DNA of 64,000 nucleotides from NCBI RefSeq assembly GCF_036321535.1, contig NC_087437.1, forward strand, positions 82,524,001-82,588,000. Direction: 5' to 3'. Source of the DNA: Camelus dromedarius. Lineage: Eukaryota. Made by a program: the position numbers and the translations under genes. Within the stretch, counting starts at the first letter, position 1. The number at the start of each line of letters is the position of its first letter. The notes under the pieces are model-generated. The model was not told where the DNA came from, did no database searches, and saw only the letters and a program-made list of their open reading frames with translations. Shown here one piece after another: positions 13,371 to 26,710 of the stretch.

Positions 13371-13598
13371 GTTTCTTTTATTTACCTTTCCCCAATGTTT
13401 CTCATTATCCACATAACCCTCTGCCTTTCTTCTTCCTATAGGCAGTCATCCAAATTGATTAACGTTACCTTTTTGCTTATTTTTGTTCTCAAAATATGAA
13501 ATATTGCTTTGTACGCATGTATTCTTAATTTATGTAAATATTGTAGTTTGGACTTTAAGATTCACTTCTGTTGCCATATACATCTAACCCATTAGTTT

Positions 13599-14094
13599 TT
13601 TTTTTTTTTTTTTACTTGTTTTTGTTGAAGTATAGTCAGTTTACAATGTGTCAATTTCTGGTGTACATCATAATGTTGCAGTAATACATATACATACACA
13701 TATTCCTTTCCATATTCTTTTTCACCATAGAGGACTACAAGATATTGAATATAGTTCCCTGTGCCATACAGTAGAAACTTGTTGTTTATCTATTTTATAT
13801 ATAGTAGTTAGTATCTGCAAATCTCGAACTCCCAACTTATCCCTTCCCACCCACTTTCTCCCCTGGTAACTATAAGTTTATTTTCTGTGTCTGTGAGTCA
13901 GTTTCTGTTTTGTAAATAAGTTTGTGTCCTTTATTATTATTATTTTTTTTAGATTTCACATGTAAATGATGTCATATGATATTAATCTTTATCTTTCTGG
14001 CTTACTTCACTTAGAATGATGATTTCCAGGTTGATCCAATGTTGCTGTAAATGACATTATTTTATTCCATTTTATGGCTGAGTAGTATTTCATC

Positions 14095-14155
<61 letters not shown>

Positions 14156-14195
14156 CACCACAACTTTTTATCCAGTTGTCTGTGGATGGACATTT
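13599..14195 (-). mobile_element. Young lineage-specific (camelid-type) L1, 5'-truncated, with internal (TG)24
   Basis: Poly(T), then TTGAAGTATAGTCAGTTTACAATGTGTC 3' UTR; ORF2 C-terminal remnants (KCPSTDNWIK, YYSAIK) in ORF 14007..14201; flanked by ACCCATTA(G/C)TTT. Confidence 0.92.
14104..14151. repeat. (TG)24 microsatellite
   Basis: Directly visible. Confidence 0.95.
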
Positions 14196-14207
14196 ACCCA
14201 TTACTTT

Positions 14208-15079
14208 TTTTAAATTTTTAAATTTTATTTTATTGAGTTATAGTCAGTTTACAATGTTGTGTCAAATTCCAGTGTAGAGCACAATTTTTCAGTTATACAT
14301 GAACATACATATATTGATTGTCACATTCTTTTTCACCATGAGCTACCACAAGATCTTGTATATATTTCCCTGTGCTATACAGTATATACTTGTTTATCTA
14401 TTCTACATATGCCTGTCAGTATCTTCAAATTTCGAACTCCTGTTCTGTCCCTTCCCACCCCTCTTCCCCCTGGCAACCACTAGTTTGTATTCTATGTCTA
14501 TGAGTCTGTTTCTGTTTTATATTGAAGTTCATCTGTATTCTTTTTTTTTTTTTTTTTTTTTTTTTAGATTCCACATATGAGTGATCTCATATGATATTTT
14601 TCTTTCTCTTTCTGGCTTACTTCACTTTGAATAACAGTCTCCAGAGACATCCATGTTGCTGCAAATGGCATTATGCTGTCATTTTTATGGCTGAATAGTA
14701 TTCCATTGTATAAATATACCACATCTTCTTTATCCAGTCATCTGTTGATGGACATTTAGGCCATTTCCATGTCTTGGCCATTGTAAATAGTGCTGCTATG
14801 AACACTGGGGTGCAGGTGTCTTCAAATTTGAAGTAGTGTTCCTTCTGGATATATGCCCAGAAGTGGGATGACTGGGTCATATGGTAAGTCTATTCCTAGC
14901 CTTTTGAGGAATCTCCATACTGTTTTCCACAGTGGCTGCACCAAACTGCATTCTCACCAGCAGTGAAGGAGGGTTCCCTTTTCTCCACAGCCTCTCCAGC
15001 ATTTATCATTTGTGAACTTTTGAATGATGGCTGTTCTGACTAGTGTGAGGTTAATACCTCATTGTAGTTTTGATTTGCT
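14208..15079 (-). mobile_element. Young lineage-specific L1, 5'-truncated
   Basis: T-rich tail, 3' UTR and ORF2 C-terminus ([46 protein letters not shown]); flanked by ACCCATTACTTT at 14196 and 15080. Confidence 0.93.
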
Positions 15080-16261
15080 ACCCATTACTTTAATTACTGC
15101 ATAATTCCCCATGGTGTGCTTCCACTCGCCCACTGAAGTTCATGTAGATTGCCTCCAGCTTTCCACTACCCCAAATACTATTGTAAAGAATATCCAGATA
15201 CACATTCACTTGGGGACATAGGTGAGTATTTTGGGAGACTTACTATTCTTTTGTTGCTAATGAATTGGAGTTTATAGGTTTGTTAGCCTTTTCTGTTGCC
15301 TCTTTTAAAAATTGCCTGTTTGTATCGTTTACTTATTTTCCCCATGGGATCAATGTCTTTTTCTTACTGATTTACAAGTATCTTTTGTGTAGCCTAGATA
15401 TTAATCCCTTATTGGTCTCACTTAGTCACCTGTCTCTTCATTGTATTAACAGTCTTGTCATTTAACAAATATCCTTTTTTTGTGTGTAAATAATGAAGTT
15501 TTTAGAGAGAGTTTTGGGAGACAGAACATATTTAACAATGCCCCATACTGCCAAGTGATTAAGTAAGGAGAGGAATGAAGTGATCATGTAAGATGAGATG
15601 GAGAAGATATGGGCAAAAGGTATGGGATTTTGAATCTCAGTTTTCTAACATGTAAAATAAGCATATTAATACAGATATATTTACCTTCATTTCTGAGGAA
15701 CAAGTAAGATAATTTTGTAAACTAGAAAAGTTTTCATAAACATTTACAGGTTTTATGATAACTACTTTTTTAATACATGGTCTAGATCTACTAATGGATT
15801 TCACATGATACAGAGATTTGTTTAAAATTTAAATGGTACAAACACAATGTTTATGTATGCTTTTTATTTAATATTTAACTGTGTATGAAGTAGCACCTCA
15901 AAATTATATTTAAAATATATTCCCAATAATAGTATTAACTAGATAATTTTGGAGAATATATGTGGTCTTAAGTTGTAGAACATAGAATCTGAGTGTTCTT
16001 GCTCATAAATTGGTAATTTAGAGAACAACATTTCATAACACTAGATTAATTTCTGAAAGATATGTTAATAAAAGTAAATGCTTTTATAAATTGAATTATT
16101 TAAAAATGTAACTGGTAACTTGTTAACTTAAAGGAATGAAATTTGCAAATTCTTCATAATTTGAATTATTAACATAATTGTCTACTTAGTAAACCTGAAC
16201 TTTTCAAAGTCAAACTCATTGCATAGATTATGTTCCCGAAAACAAACCATATATACTTTTA

Positions 16262-18930
16262 AAAAAATTATTGAGGTGTAGTTGATGTAAAGTAATATAT
16301 AATTCAGATGTACAACATAGTGATTCATAATTTTGAAAGGTTACACTCCATTTATAATTATTACAAAGTATTAGCTATATTCCTTGTGCCATACAGTATA
16401 TCCTTGTAGTGTATTTATTCTATACACAGTAGTTTGTACCTCTTAATCCCATTTCTGTATCTTGTCCTTCCCCCTTCCCTCTCCTCATTAGTAACCACTA
16501 GTTTGGTCTGTATATCTGTGAATCTGTTTCTTTTTTGTTTTGTTTGCTAGTTTGTTTTAGTTTTTAGATTCCAAATATGTGATATTATACAGTTTTTGTC
16601 TTTCTCTATTCATTCTCTCTATTTTCTCTGTTCTATTCTCCATTCATCTATTGATGGACACTTAGGTTGCTTCCATATCTTGGCCATTGTTAATAATGCT
16701 GCTGTAAACATTGGGGTGCATGTATCTTTTCCAATTAGTGTTTTTGTTTTCTGCATATATATACCCAGGAATGGAATTGCTGGGTCATATGGTAGTTCTA
16801 TTTTTAGTTTTTTCAGAAACTTTCATAGTACTTTTCACAGTGACTGCACCAATTTACATTTCTGTTAATAGTGTACAAGCGTTCCTTTTTCTCTGCATCC
16901 TTGCCAACATTTGATTCTGTATGCTTTTTGATGATAGACATTTTGATAGCTGTGAGGTGATATCTCATCGAGGGTTTAATTTTCATTTCTCTGATGATTA
17001 AGATGTTGAGCATCTCTTTATGTGCTTGTTGACCATCTGTACATCTTCTTTGGAAAAAATTTCTATTCCAATCCTCTGCCCATTTTTTAATCAGGTTGCG
17101 TGTTTTTTTTTTTAATCTTAAGTAGCATGAGATATTTATATAGTTTGGATATTAACCCCTTATCAGTCATATCATTTGCAAGTATTTTCTCCCATTTAGT
17201 AGGTTGCTTCACATTTGGTCGATGGTTTCCTTTGCTGTGAAAAGCTTTAAGTTTAATTAGGTCCCATTTGTTTATTTTTTTCTTCTGTTTCCTTTGCTTT
17301 ATGAGATAGCTCCAAAAAATATTGCTGCAGGTTATGTCAAAGACAGTTTCACTTATATTTTCTTGTAGGAGTTTTATGGTCTCTTGTCTTACATTAAGGT
17401 TTTTAATACATTTTGAGTTTATTTTTGTATATGATGTTAGAAAATGTTCCAGTCTCATTCTTTTACATGTAGCTGTCCTGTTTTTCCAGCACCACTTATT
17501 GAAGAATCTGTCTTTTCTCCATTGTATAGTCTTGCCTCCTTTGTTGTAGGTTAATTGACCATAGGTGTCTGGGTTTTTTTCTGGGCTGTCTTTTCTGTTT
17601 CATTGATCTATGTGTCTATTTTTGTGCCAGTAGCATGCTGTTTTGATTACTGTAGTTTTGTAGTATAATCTGAAGTTGGGAGGATTATAACTCCACCTTT
17701 GTTCTTTTTTCTCAAGATTGGTTTGACCACTCAAGGTCTTTTGTGGTTGTGGTTTTAGAATTATTTGTTCTAGTTCTGTGAAAAATATCATAGATATTTT
17801 GATCGGGATTGCATGAAATCTGTAGATAGCTTTGAACAGTATAACCATTTTAACAATACTAATTCTTCCAGTTCAAGAGGACAAGATATCTTTCCATTTC
17901 TTTCTATCATCTTCAATTTCCTTCATCATGGTTCTACAATTTTTAGTGTATAGGTCTTTAACCTTCTTAGTTAAATTTATTCCTAGGAGTTTTATTCTTT
18001 TTGATGTGATTTTAAATAGGATTTTATTTTTGTTTCTCTTTCTGATTTTTAATAGTTTACTATTAGTGTATAGAAAAGGAGCAGATTTCTGTGCATTAAT
18101 CTTGTATCCTGCATTGTTCCTCATTTTACTTACTAGCTCTTAATAGTTTTTTGGTGATGACTTAAGGGTTTTCTAAATAAAGTATCACATCATCTCCAAA
18201 TAATGATAATTTTACCTCTTCCCTTCCAATTTGAATGCTTTTATTTATTTTTCTTGTCTGATTGCTGTGGCTAGGACTTCCCATAATATGTTAACTAGGA
18301 GTGGTGAGAGTGGACATCCTTGTCTTGTTCGTGAATTTAGAGGAAAGATTTCCAGCTTTTCACTATTGAATGTAATGTTGGCTATGGGTTTTTCATAAAT
18401 GGCCTTTCTGTTGTTGAGATACGTTCTCTCTATACCCACTTTCTGCTGAGTTTTTGTCATGAACAGATGTTGAATTTTGTCAAATATTTTTCTGCATCTA
18501 TTGAGATGATCATGTGATGTTTATCTCTCATTTTGTTAATAAGGTTTATCACATTGATTGATTTGCAAATATTGAACCATCCTTGTGTCCCTGGAATAAA
18601 TCCAACTTGATCATGGGGTATGATTTTTTTTAATACATTGTTGGATTTGGTTTGCTAATATTTTGTTGAGCATGTTTGCAACTCTATTCATCAAAGATAC
18701 TGGCTTGTAATTTTCATTATTTGTAGTATCTTTGTCTGTTTTGGTAAGAGTAGTGGTAGCCTCATAGAATGAATTTGAGAGTTTTGCATCCTCTTCAATT
18801 TTTTTGGAATAGTTTGAGGAGGATAGATATTACCTCTTTATTTGGTAGAATTCCCCTGTAAAACTGTCCAGTCCTTGACTTTGTTTGCTTGGAGGTTTTT
18901 TAAATTATAGATTCAATTTTACTACTAGTA
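16262..18930 (-). mobile_element. Older cetartiodactyl-type L1 with disrupted ORF2 (RT to C-terminus)
   Basis: Frameshifted ORF2 pieces: [51 protein letters not shown]. Confidence 0.93.
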
Positions 18931-18939
18931 TAATGTATG

Positions 18940-19600
18940 GAATTATCCTTTAATTTTATGATTAAATCTCATATTTTTAGTGGGCCTGTGTTTTTTACTG
19001 TGGTGACTCTGACCTTCAGAGTGTTTGTTCACTTTCCCTCTCCCTAAATGAGACAGTAGAGGTAGAGGAGTCTGGAGTAGGAGCAGTGCTCTTACTTCAG
19101 GTGGGATGAAATTCTGATGAAATCTTTCCCCCTGAATATAGGCCTCTGGATATATTTCATAACAATCTCTCTTCACCCATTTCTGCCAAAGCTATGAGGA
19201 TATTTTTCTTGACTTTTTATCAAGAGAATCTAGTGAGATTTCTGGAGGTAAAGACCCCCAAATTGTGCCTCCACCCTCACCCAAGACTGCAGCCCTTAGG
19301 AGTTTCTCGCTCTCATGCTGATCTGCATTCAGTCTCTAGCGATGCATCAAATTTACCAGGTAAGTGTTCCTACCAGTACGGCTTCTGTGGCTTCTGCTCC
19401 AGGTAAGCAGGTCTTGGCTGTGACTCTTTGTATTCACTTGTCTTTCCAGATTTTAAGATGGAGGTTTTCTGTGTGACATAGTTCTATGATGGGTCTAAGA
19501 AAAGCCACTGATTTTCAGTTTGTTTTTCTTCTTGTTGTAAGGGCAGGGATGACAGATTTCAAGCTCTTTTTATCTTTTCATGAAGGAGCCCAAACCAAGA
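18940..19600 (-). mobile_element. L1MC/L1MD-type 5' end fragment
   Basis: GAGAATCTAGTGAGATTTCTGGAGGTAAA; GGCTTCTGCTCCAGGTAAGCAG; GATGGGTCTAAGAAAAG..GATTTTCAGTTTG resemble old L1 5' ends. Confidence 0.65.
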
Positions 19601-22295
19601 GTCTTGGGAAAAACTATTGTAATACAAACATTCCTAAAAAATAAGTTAAGTGAAAATCATTTTGACTTGGAGATAATAGGAATTGAAGTAAAAGTGAATT
19701 CAGAATTATTTCCATTTTTTCATGCTATGGATCTTTGATTGCAATATGCATTGTAACTGTTGAAGTATTAATGTGTATCATATATTATCTTAAGTGAGTG
19801 TGGAATTGGCTGATAGAATAAAACTTATCTACCTTCCTGGCATTATTAGGAAGAGAAAAATAAACCAGGGGAATAAACTGGGTTTTTTTCCCCCCATCAA
19901 CTCAGACTGGGTATGAATTCAGAGAGAGGTTCCTACACTTACACATACTCAGCATATAACACAGGATTTTGCTTTAAGTTTGAGTAGTATAAAGTGTGAT
20001 TTTTCCAAAGTCATGAATCTCAAGTCATGTTGGGCTATTTTATGTTCAAAGACTTAGCCGTTCATCTGTATCTGTTTTTTCATATGACCTTTAAATACAG
20101 ACACCTACAAACACCGTGTTCTTTTAGTGGTTATCTCTACAGCTAACAAGATTACACCTGGTACATATTAAGTACTCAATATATGTCTGATGAATTGATT
20201 ATTTTGATATTATATCCAATGTTCCAATGTTAGTTTCAACTTTCTAAAAAAGTGAGGAATCAGTCCACTTTACACCTGAAAAATGTAGGAGTCTCTTCTG
20301 ACCTCAAATTCTCTCTGTCGCTTAATAGCAGATGTCCCTTACTTGTCCTCTTCTGAATGAATATTTTCCTTACAGTCTTATTTTAAAAACAATTGACTTA
20401 AGGTGCAGGAAAAGATTTGCTTCCTTTATTCTGAATGGCAGGTTGAAAAATTATTCAACGGGGATTATCTAGTCAGAATTGTTAATCAATCAGATTCATC
20501 TTTGGCAACATTTCGGTATTCTCTTTGCACTATTTCCTACTGGCTGCATTTCTATTCATTAGCATCTCAAGACCATGGACCTTTATTTGGCCCAGTAATT
20601 TTGGTCTGATCTGAAATTATTAGTCATACCTTCTTTTTCTCTCTTACAAAGGAATTTATCTTGTTTTGTTTATTCATGTGACTCATCTCAATTAGGTGTT
20701 GGGTGGAAAGGAAACAGCTCTAATTGACACTGACATATAAAGGACTGACAACTTTCCAAGGTCCATTTACTCTGGAGGAGTAGGTGATTAAAACTAAATG
20801 AATCTCTGATTGAGTTTTAAGGGGCTATTTGTCTAGTGAAAATGGGATCATTAAAATTCCATCCAAAACTGAGGCCAGAGTTGGGACAGAGATCAAAACT
20901 GGAATTGAAATTAGGATTAGTCCCAGTTCTGATCTCTGTTCTTCCCTAGAATAGAATAGCACTGACGTATATAGGGGGGAAAAAGAAAGATAGGCTGTGC
21001 TTCAGGATGCTATAAGATGGTATAACCATGAATTGAGTTGATGAGATTATAGGTCAGACAAGGTTTGGGGCAGAGAGTGAAAATGACTAAAGCACCAGAT
21101 ATACAACCAGTACCAGGTGCTGAATATAAGTAACAGATTAACAGAAGTCCTTTAAGAAATGAAAATTCTTTTCAGTGATCTAGATGCCAGTTTCTTGTCT
21201 TGTCTTCAGATGTGGCAAAAGAGAAAGAAAATACTAACAGAATAACTATGCTTTATTAAGATTTGATGAAGCTCTACCAACTATATTGGTATAAATCTGC
21301 TAGTAGCTGAAGAATTCTTTTTGGTGAAGACAGTTGTGATTTAAAATTCATAGTCTGTGACTCCAGTGCAATAGCAGAACATGCCTTTAGTAAAACCCAA
21401 ATATTACGTGTCCCATTGGATTCCATACACTAAGAATTCCTTGTGTCAATGCCATGAATTGATCATTCAAGAAAAGTTCATACTATGGAAGAGGGGAAGG
21501 CAATACTTGTGCGGTTAAAAAGAATTTAATAATCTCATCAAGAAGCAAAACAAAAGGAAGTAGACCTAAAATCTTAAAATTGTTGAAAACATATTTTTAA
21601 GAAGACCCTAAAACTCCTTTGTCCTTTTATGACTTTGTGGCGGGTCCACATTTTTTTCCATGCACTTTGAAAACCAAATTCATTATATTCCTTCATTTAA
21701 AAAATGGTTTTGCAAAAATAAGACTTGACCAAATCAAACTGCCAGTAAAATGACTGTTAATATTAACTAACAAAGCAAGGAAGTGACATAACCATCTAAA
21801 TTAGGAACCAAGAAATTGTAGTTTTGAGTTATTGGGACTGGGAGGAAATTGTGAAGATCTTTGAAATTTCGGTGCCTGTGATCATTTCAAATCAGAGTCA
21901 GCAAAGACAAACTATTAAAGGAAAGCTGAATCTAATATTTTCTAAGGTTTAAAATAGACAGGGAAATGAAAAAGAAACAAGAATATATTATTCATAGTGC
22001 AAAATAAAACGTCCCCTCTCAATAGTTTTCTTGATATAATGCACATTCTGCTTGAGAATGTATTTGTCCTTTCTGAATCTTTTTTGAGTAAAGGAAATTC
22101 TGTGTCATATTTATTTTAAACCAAAAAATTCTACTGAGCTAATAATGAAGTAAACTGATTAAGCTACAAAATTGTGGGGTTTTTTTAGCCTATCAAAGAG
22201 CTGAGAATGCAAACAAATTTAAAATGTGTATATGTATATATGTGTATATATAAATGTTATTTCATATTTACTCCCAGTAATTTCTTCCTCAGTGC

Positions 22296-22296
<1 letters not shown>

Positions 22297-22358
<62 letters not shown>

Positions 22359-24249
22359 GTTTATTGAAGTGCAGCAAGTACAGTTTACAATGTGTCAATT
22401 TCTGGTGTACAGCATAATGCTTCAGTCATACATGAACATATATATATTCATTTTCATATTCTTTTTCACCATAAGTTACTACAAGATACTGAATATAGTT
22501 CCCTGTGCTATATACAGTATGAATTTTTTGTTTATCTATTTTGTATATGTTAGTATCTGCAAATCTCGAACTACCAATTTATCCTTTCCCACCCTTTTCC
22601 CCTCCTAGTAACCATGTTTGTTTTCTATGTCTGTGAGTCTGTTTCTGTTTTGTAAATAAGTTTGTCTTTTTTTTCTTTTTAGATTCCACATAAAAGTGAT
22701 ATCATATGGTATTTTTCTTTCTCTTTCTGGCTTACTTGACTTAAAATGACATTCTCCAGGTCCATCCATGTTGCTGCAAATGGCATTGTTTTATTATTTT
22801 TTATGGCTGAGTAGTATTCCATTGTATAAATATACCACATCTTCTTTATCTGGGTATCTGTTAATGGACATTTAGGTTGTTTCCATGTCTTGACTATTGT
22901 AAACAGTGCTACTATGAACATTGGGGTGCATGTATCTTTTTGAATTAAGATTCCTTCTGGATATATGCTCAGGAGTGGGATTGTTGGATCATATGGTAAG
23001 TCTACTTTTAGTCTTTTGAGGAACCGCCATACTGTTTTCCATAACAGCTGCACCAAACTACATTCCCACCAGCAGTGTAGGAGGGTTCCCTTTTCTCCAC
23101 AGCCTCTCCAGCATTTGTCATTTGTGGACTTTTGAATGATTGCCATTCTGACTGGTGTGAGGTGATACTTCATCGTCATTTGACTTGCATTTCTCTGATA
23201 ATTAGTGATATTGAGCATTTTTTCATGTGCCTGTTGGCCATTTGTGTGTCTTCACTGAAAAATTGCTTGTTTAGGTCTTCTGCACATTTTTGGATTGGGT
23301 TGTGTTTTTTTGTTGTTGTTATTAAGTTGTGTGAACTGTTTATATATTCTGGAAATTAAGCCCTTGCCAGTCTCGTCTTTTGCAAATATTTTCTCCCATT
23401 CTGTAGGTTGTCATTTTGTTTTGCTTATAGTTTCCTTTGCTGTGCAAAAGCTTGTAAGTTTAAGTCTCATTTGTTAATTTTTGGTTTTATTTCTATTGCC
23501 TAGGTAGACTGCCCTAGGAGAACATTGCTAAGAATTAAGTCAGACAATGCTTTATCTATATTTTCTTCTAAGAGGTTTATAATGTCTTACGTTTGTCTTT
23601 AAGCCATTTTGAGTTTATTTTTGTGTGTGGTGTGAGAGAGTATTCTAATTTCATTGATTTACATGCAGCTGTCCAATTTTCCCACTATCATTTGCTGAAG
23701 AGACTGTCTTTACTCCATTGTATGTTCTTGATTCCTTTGTCAAAAATTAATTGACCAAAAGTTTGTGGGTTTATTTCTGGGCTCTCTGTTCTGTTCCATT
23801 GATCCATGTGTCTGTTTTTGTACCAATACCATGCTGTTTTGATTACTGTCATTCTGAAGTATTGTCTGAAGTCTGGGAGGGTTATTCCTCCAGCTTTATT
23901 CTTTTTCTTCAGTATTGCTCTGGCAATTCTGGGTCTTTTGTGATTCCATATAAATTTTAGGATTATTTGTTCTAGTTCCATGAAAAATGCCCTGGGTAAT
24001 TTGATAGAGATCACATTAAATCCATAGATTGCTTTGTGTAGTATGGCCATTTTAATAACGTTAATTCTTCCAATTCAAGAATATGGGACATCTTTCCATT
24101 TCTTTAAGTCATCTTTAATTTCCTTAGTCAATGTTTTGTAGTTGTCTGCATATAAGTCTTTCACTTCCTTGGTCAGATTTATTCCTAAGTGTTTTATTTT
24201 TTTGGATGCAACTTTAAAAATGAATTATTTCTTTACTTTCCTTTTCTAA
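22297..24249 (-). mobile_element. Young lineage-specific L1, about 1.95 kb, 5'-truncated
   Basis: ORF2 C-terminal ORFs 22679..23218 ([18 protein letters not shown]) and 23688..24050; 9-bp TSD CTCAGTGCT at 22288-22296 and 24250-24258. Confidence 0.95.
22299..22352. repeat. (AC)27 microsatellite at the L1 tail position
   Basis: Directly visible. Confidence 0.95.
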
Positions 24250-24890
24250 CTCAGTGCTTCTTATGTTTCTTACAAACCTGGGCTCCCTTATGGTATCGCT
24301 TTCTTTAGCCTAAATAATTGATTTTATTCTATAGTGCAGATCTGTTGGAAAAAAAAAATTTTTTTTTTTAGCTTTTAACTTTTGTCTATCTAAAAGTTTT
24401 TAAAATTTGCCTTTATTTTTGAAGCATATTTTCATTGAAGCTAGAATTTGTTTGACAGATTTTTGTTTTGTTTTCTTTCAGTACTTTCAGAATACATATT
24501 TTTCCAGCAATAAGCCATCAATCTTCTTGTTTTCCTGTGTGTAAGTGAATTATCAGTTTTTTTTTCTGATTGCTTTTATGAATTTCACTTAGTCTTTGGT
24601 TCAGAATTTTAACTATGATTTCCTTAAGTATGGTTTACTTTGTATTTATCCTGTGTGGTTTTCGCAGCTTCAAAGATATATAGGTTATCAACTTTTATCA
24701 GTTTTGGAAAATCATAGCCATAATCTCTTCAGATACTTTTTCTACACCATTTACTTTCTCTCCTTCTTCTAGGATCTGTTACATGTATATTAAACTTACT
24801 GATTTTATTCCCACAGGTCTTAAATGTCCTATTCCAGTTTTCTCTCTTTTTTTTTTCTCTTTGTGTTTTGATTTGAATAATTTATGTTTT
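24250..24890 (-). mobile_element. Old L1 (L1ME/L1M5) ORF1-region fragment, host of the young L1; begins near 22255
   Basis: ATAGTGCAGATCTGTTGG; TTTATTTTTGAAGCATATTTTCATTG; TTACTTTGTATTTATCCTG are antisense old ORF1 motifs. Confidence 0.65.
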
Positions 24891-24909
24891 ATTCACTTGG
24901 TGATAAAAG

Positions 24910-25790
24910 TATAATATTTATTTTTGAAATGCATAAAAGAAGTGTTTTGAAATAAATGAATGCTGCATACCGTGTTTATGGCTGGGAGCCAATAAAATTT
25001 TTTTAAAAAGTCAGTTCACCCAAAATTAACCTATAAATTCAGCACAATTCTAAAAAATAAAATAAAATTTCTTATGACTTGGCAAATTGATAAAGTTAAA
25101 AAATGCAGTCAGCCAACAGAAGCCCAAAGAGTTTTGAGAAGGATATGATGGAGGAACTCACCCTACCAGGTATCAAGATACATAAAAAAGCCATAGCAAT
25201 ATAATGATAAAAGCAGTGTGATGTTGATACATGAAAGAAAAATCAATCAGTGGGGCAAAAAATAAAGTGTAGAAGTAGACTCAAATATTTAGATCTGGTA
25301 GATGACTAGGTTCCTTTTTCAAATCGTTAAATGGAAGTTGGGCTATTGAACAAATGTTGCTTGGATAATTATACAAAAAAAATAAAATTATGTTCTTAGT
25401 TTATACTGTTCTTTTTAAAAAATCTATGTGAATTAAAGATGTAATATAAAAAGCTACCCTTTGAATTTTCAGAAGGAAAATACTTAAATATATCTCCATC
25501 ATATCAGAAAACAGTTTTTTAAAAACATGCAAAATACATAACCCATACAAGAAGATCCTGTTAAATCTGATTACAGTAAAATGAAAACTCCTATATGATA
25601 AAAGACCCCATACACAAATCTAAAAGGCAGAATACATAGAACATTTGTTGCAGTGTTTAGCTGACAAAGTATTTATATCTGGAATCTACAAATGAATCCT
25701 ACAAATCAATAAGGAAAAGATGATTCCATAGAAAGTAGGTACAATATATGAATATAAGTTTCACAGAAAAGGAAACTCAACGAATACAAA
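24910..25790 (+). mobile_element. Old L1 (L1ME) ORF2 3' fragment, sense
   Basis: CCCAAAATTAACCTATAAATTCAGCACAATTC; GGAGGAACTCACCCTACCAGGTATCAAGA; CTACAAATCAATAAGGAAAAGA. Confidence 0.75.
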
Positions 25791-25809
25791 TTTTCAAACT
25801 GAAATGAAA

Positions 25810-26710
25810 AATGGTAGGAATGGTCAGAAGACTAGGCTGTGGTGATGGAAAAGATCTTATGTAAAGTGGAAGGTGGATGATTCAGAGGAAAGTAGAGGAA
25901 GTAAATGTTCCAGAGTAATCAGAAGGGCATGGGAGCCCAGAGTCGGGATGGAGGAAGCACTTCAGGTTGGAGGGCCACTACCTCCTCTAGTAGTACAGAG
26001 GGAAGGAGGAGATGCAAGCAGATTCAGGTAGGTTGGACAGTGAGGAAGTCAGTTGATCCTTTTCAGGTGGATTTTATCTCTCTGTGTGAAATAAATGGTA
26101 ATATCATCAGCTAAAAATAAACAATTAAGGTACGAGGTTGAGACAGAAGTCGAATTTTGAGGATAGAAAAGAAAGTTTGAAATAATCTTTAGAGAAAGTA
26201 GGAAGGCAAGTTGACCAGAGAAAAATATAAGATTTATGATTCCAAATTTATAGTGCAATCTATCTTCCAAAGCAGATGACTTAGTTGATACAGGATTAGA
26301 GTTTTCTGAGGAAAAAAGGCAAAAAGTTCAATGGTTTTATTGGGATAATTACTGGAATTTTGGATCATGTTGTCTGATCTGAGGAATGAGATAAAAGGTG
26401 ACATGAAGATAAAAATGGAAGAGTCAATGAACTGGAGAGTCCAAAAAGGAACGAATAATGTCCACATATAAATAAACTAAAGAGATTAGAGGTTGTGATG
26501 GAAGTGAGCAGTTTGTGTTGTTGTATGTTCTAGAACATAACAGATGGAGAAAGTTACTGACTAGAGGTAGCTGAAGATTGGTTGACTTACCCACATGAAG
26601 ATTCAGTGGGTTGAAGAAGAAAGAGGCTGAGGCCAAATTCTGAAAGAATATGGGTAAATGACTAGGATACAAGTAGAATGCAGTGACAAAATGGAGAGGG
26701 TCATATAACA
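25810..26710 (-). mobile_element. L2 internal fragment
   Basis: Purine-rich; CACTACCTCCTCTAGTAGTACAGAGGGAAGGAGGAGA and GGATTTTATCTCTCTGTGTGAAATA..TCATCAGCT resemble antisense L2 ORF2. Confidence 0.55.

Larger units (their letters stand above)
13400..15480 (-). mobile_element. Old L1ME-type fragment hosting two young L1 insertions
   Basis: Removing the inserts restores ...CATCTAACCCATTACTTTAATTACTGCATAATTCCCCATGGTGTG..., followed by L1ME-like antisense sequence up to GATATTAATCCCTT. Confidence 0.6.

Noticed and set aside
22207..22608. ORFs with HTHTHT runs (also at 14007 and 54195)
   Set aside because: Translation of (CA)n microsatellites.
22679..23218. 179-aa ORF with a [18 protein letters not shown] motif, and similar ORFs at 17087, 23688, 47926, 61003 and 61461
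   Set aside because: These are fragments of LINE-1 ORF2 in 5'-truncated, frameshifted copies, not host genes or active elements.
24349..24369. A10-T11 hairpin resembling a terminator
   Set aside because: Slippage-expanded mononucleotide runs within an old L1; intrinsic terminators are not relevant in mammalian DNA.
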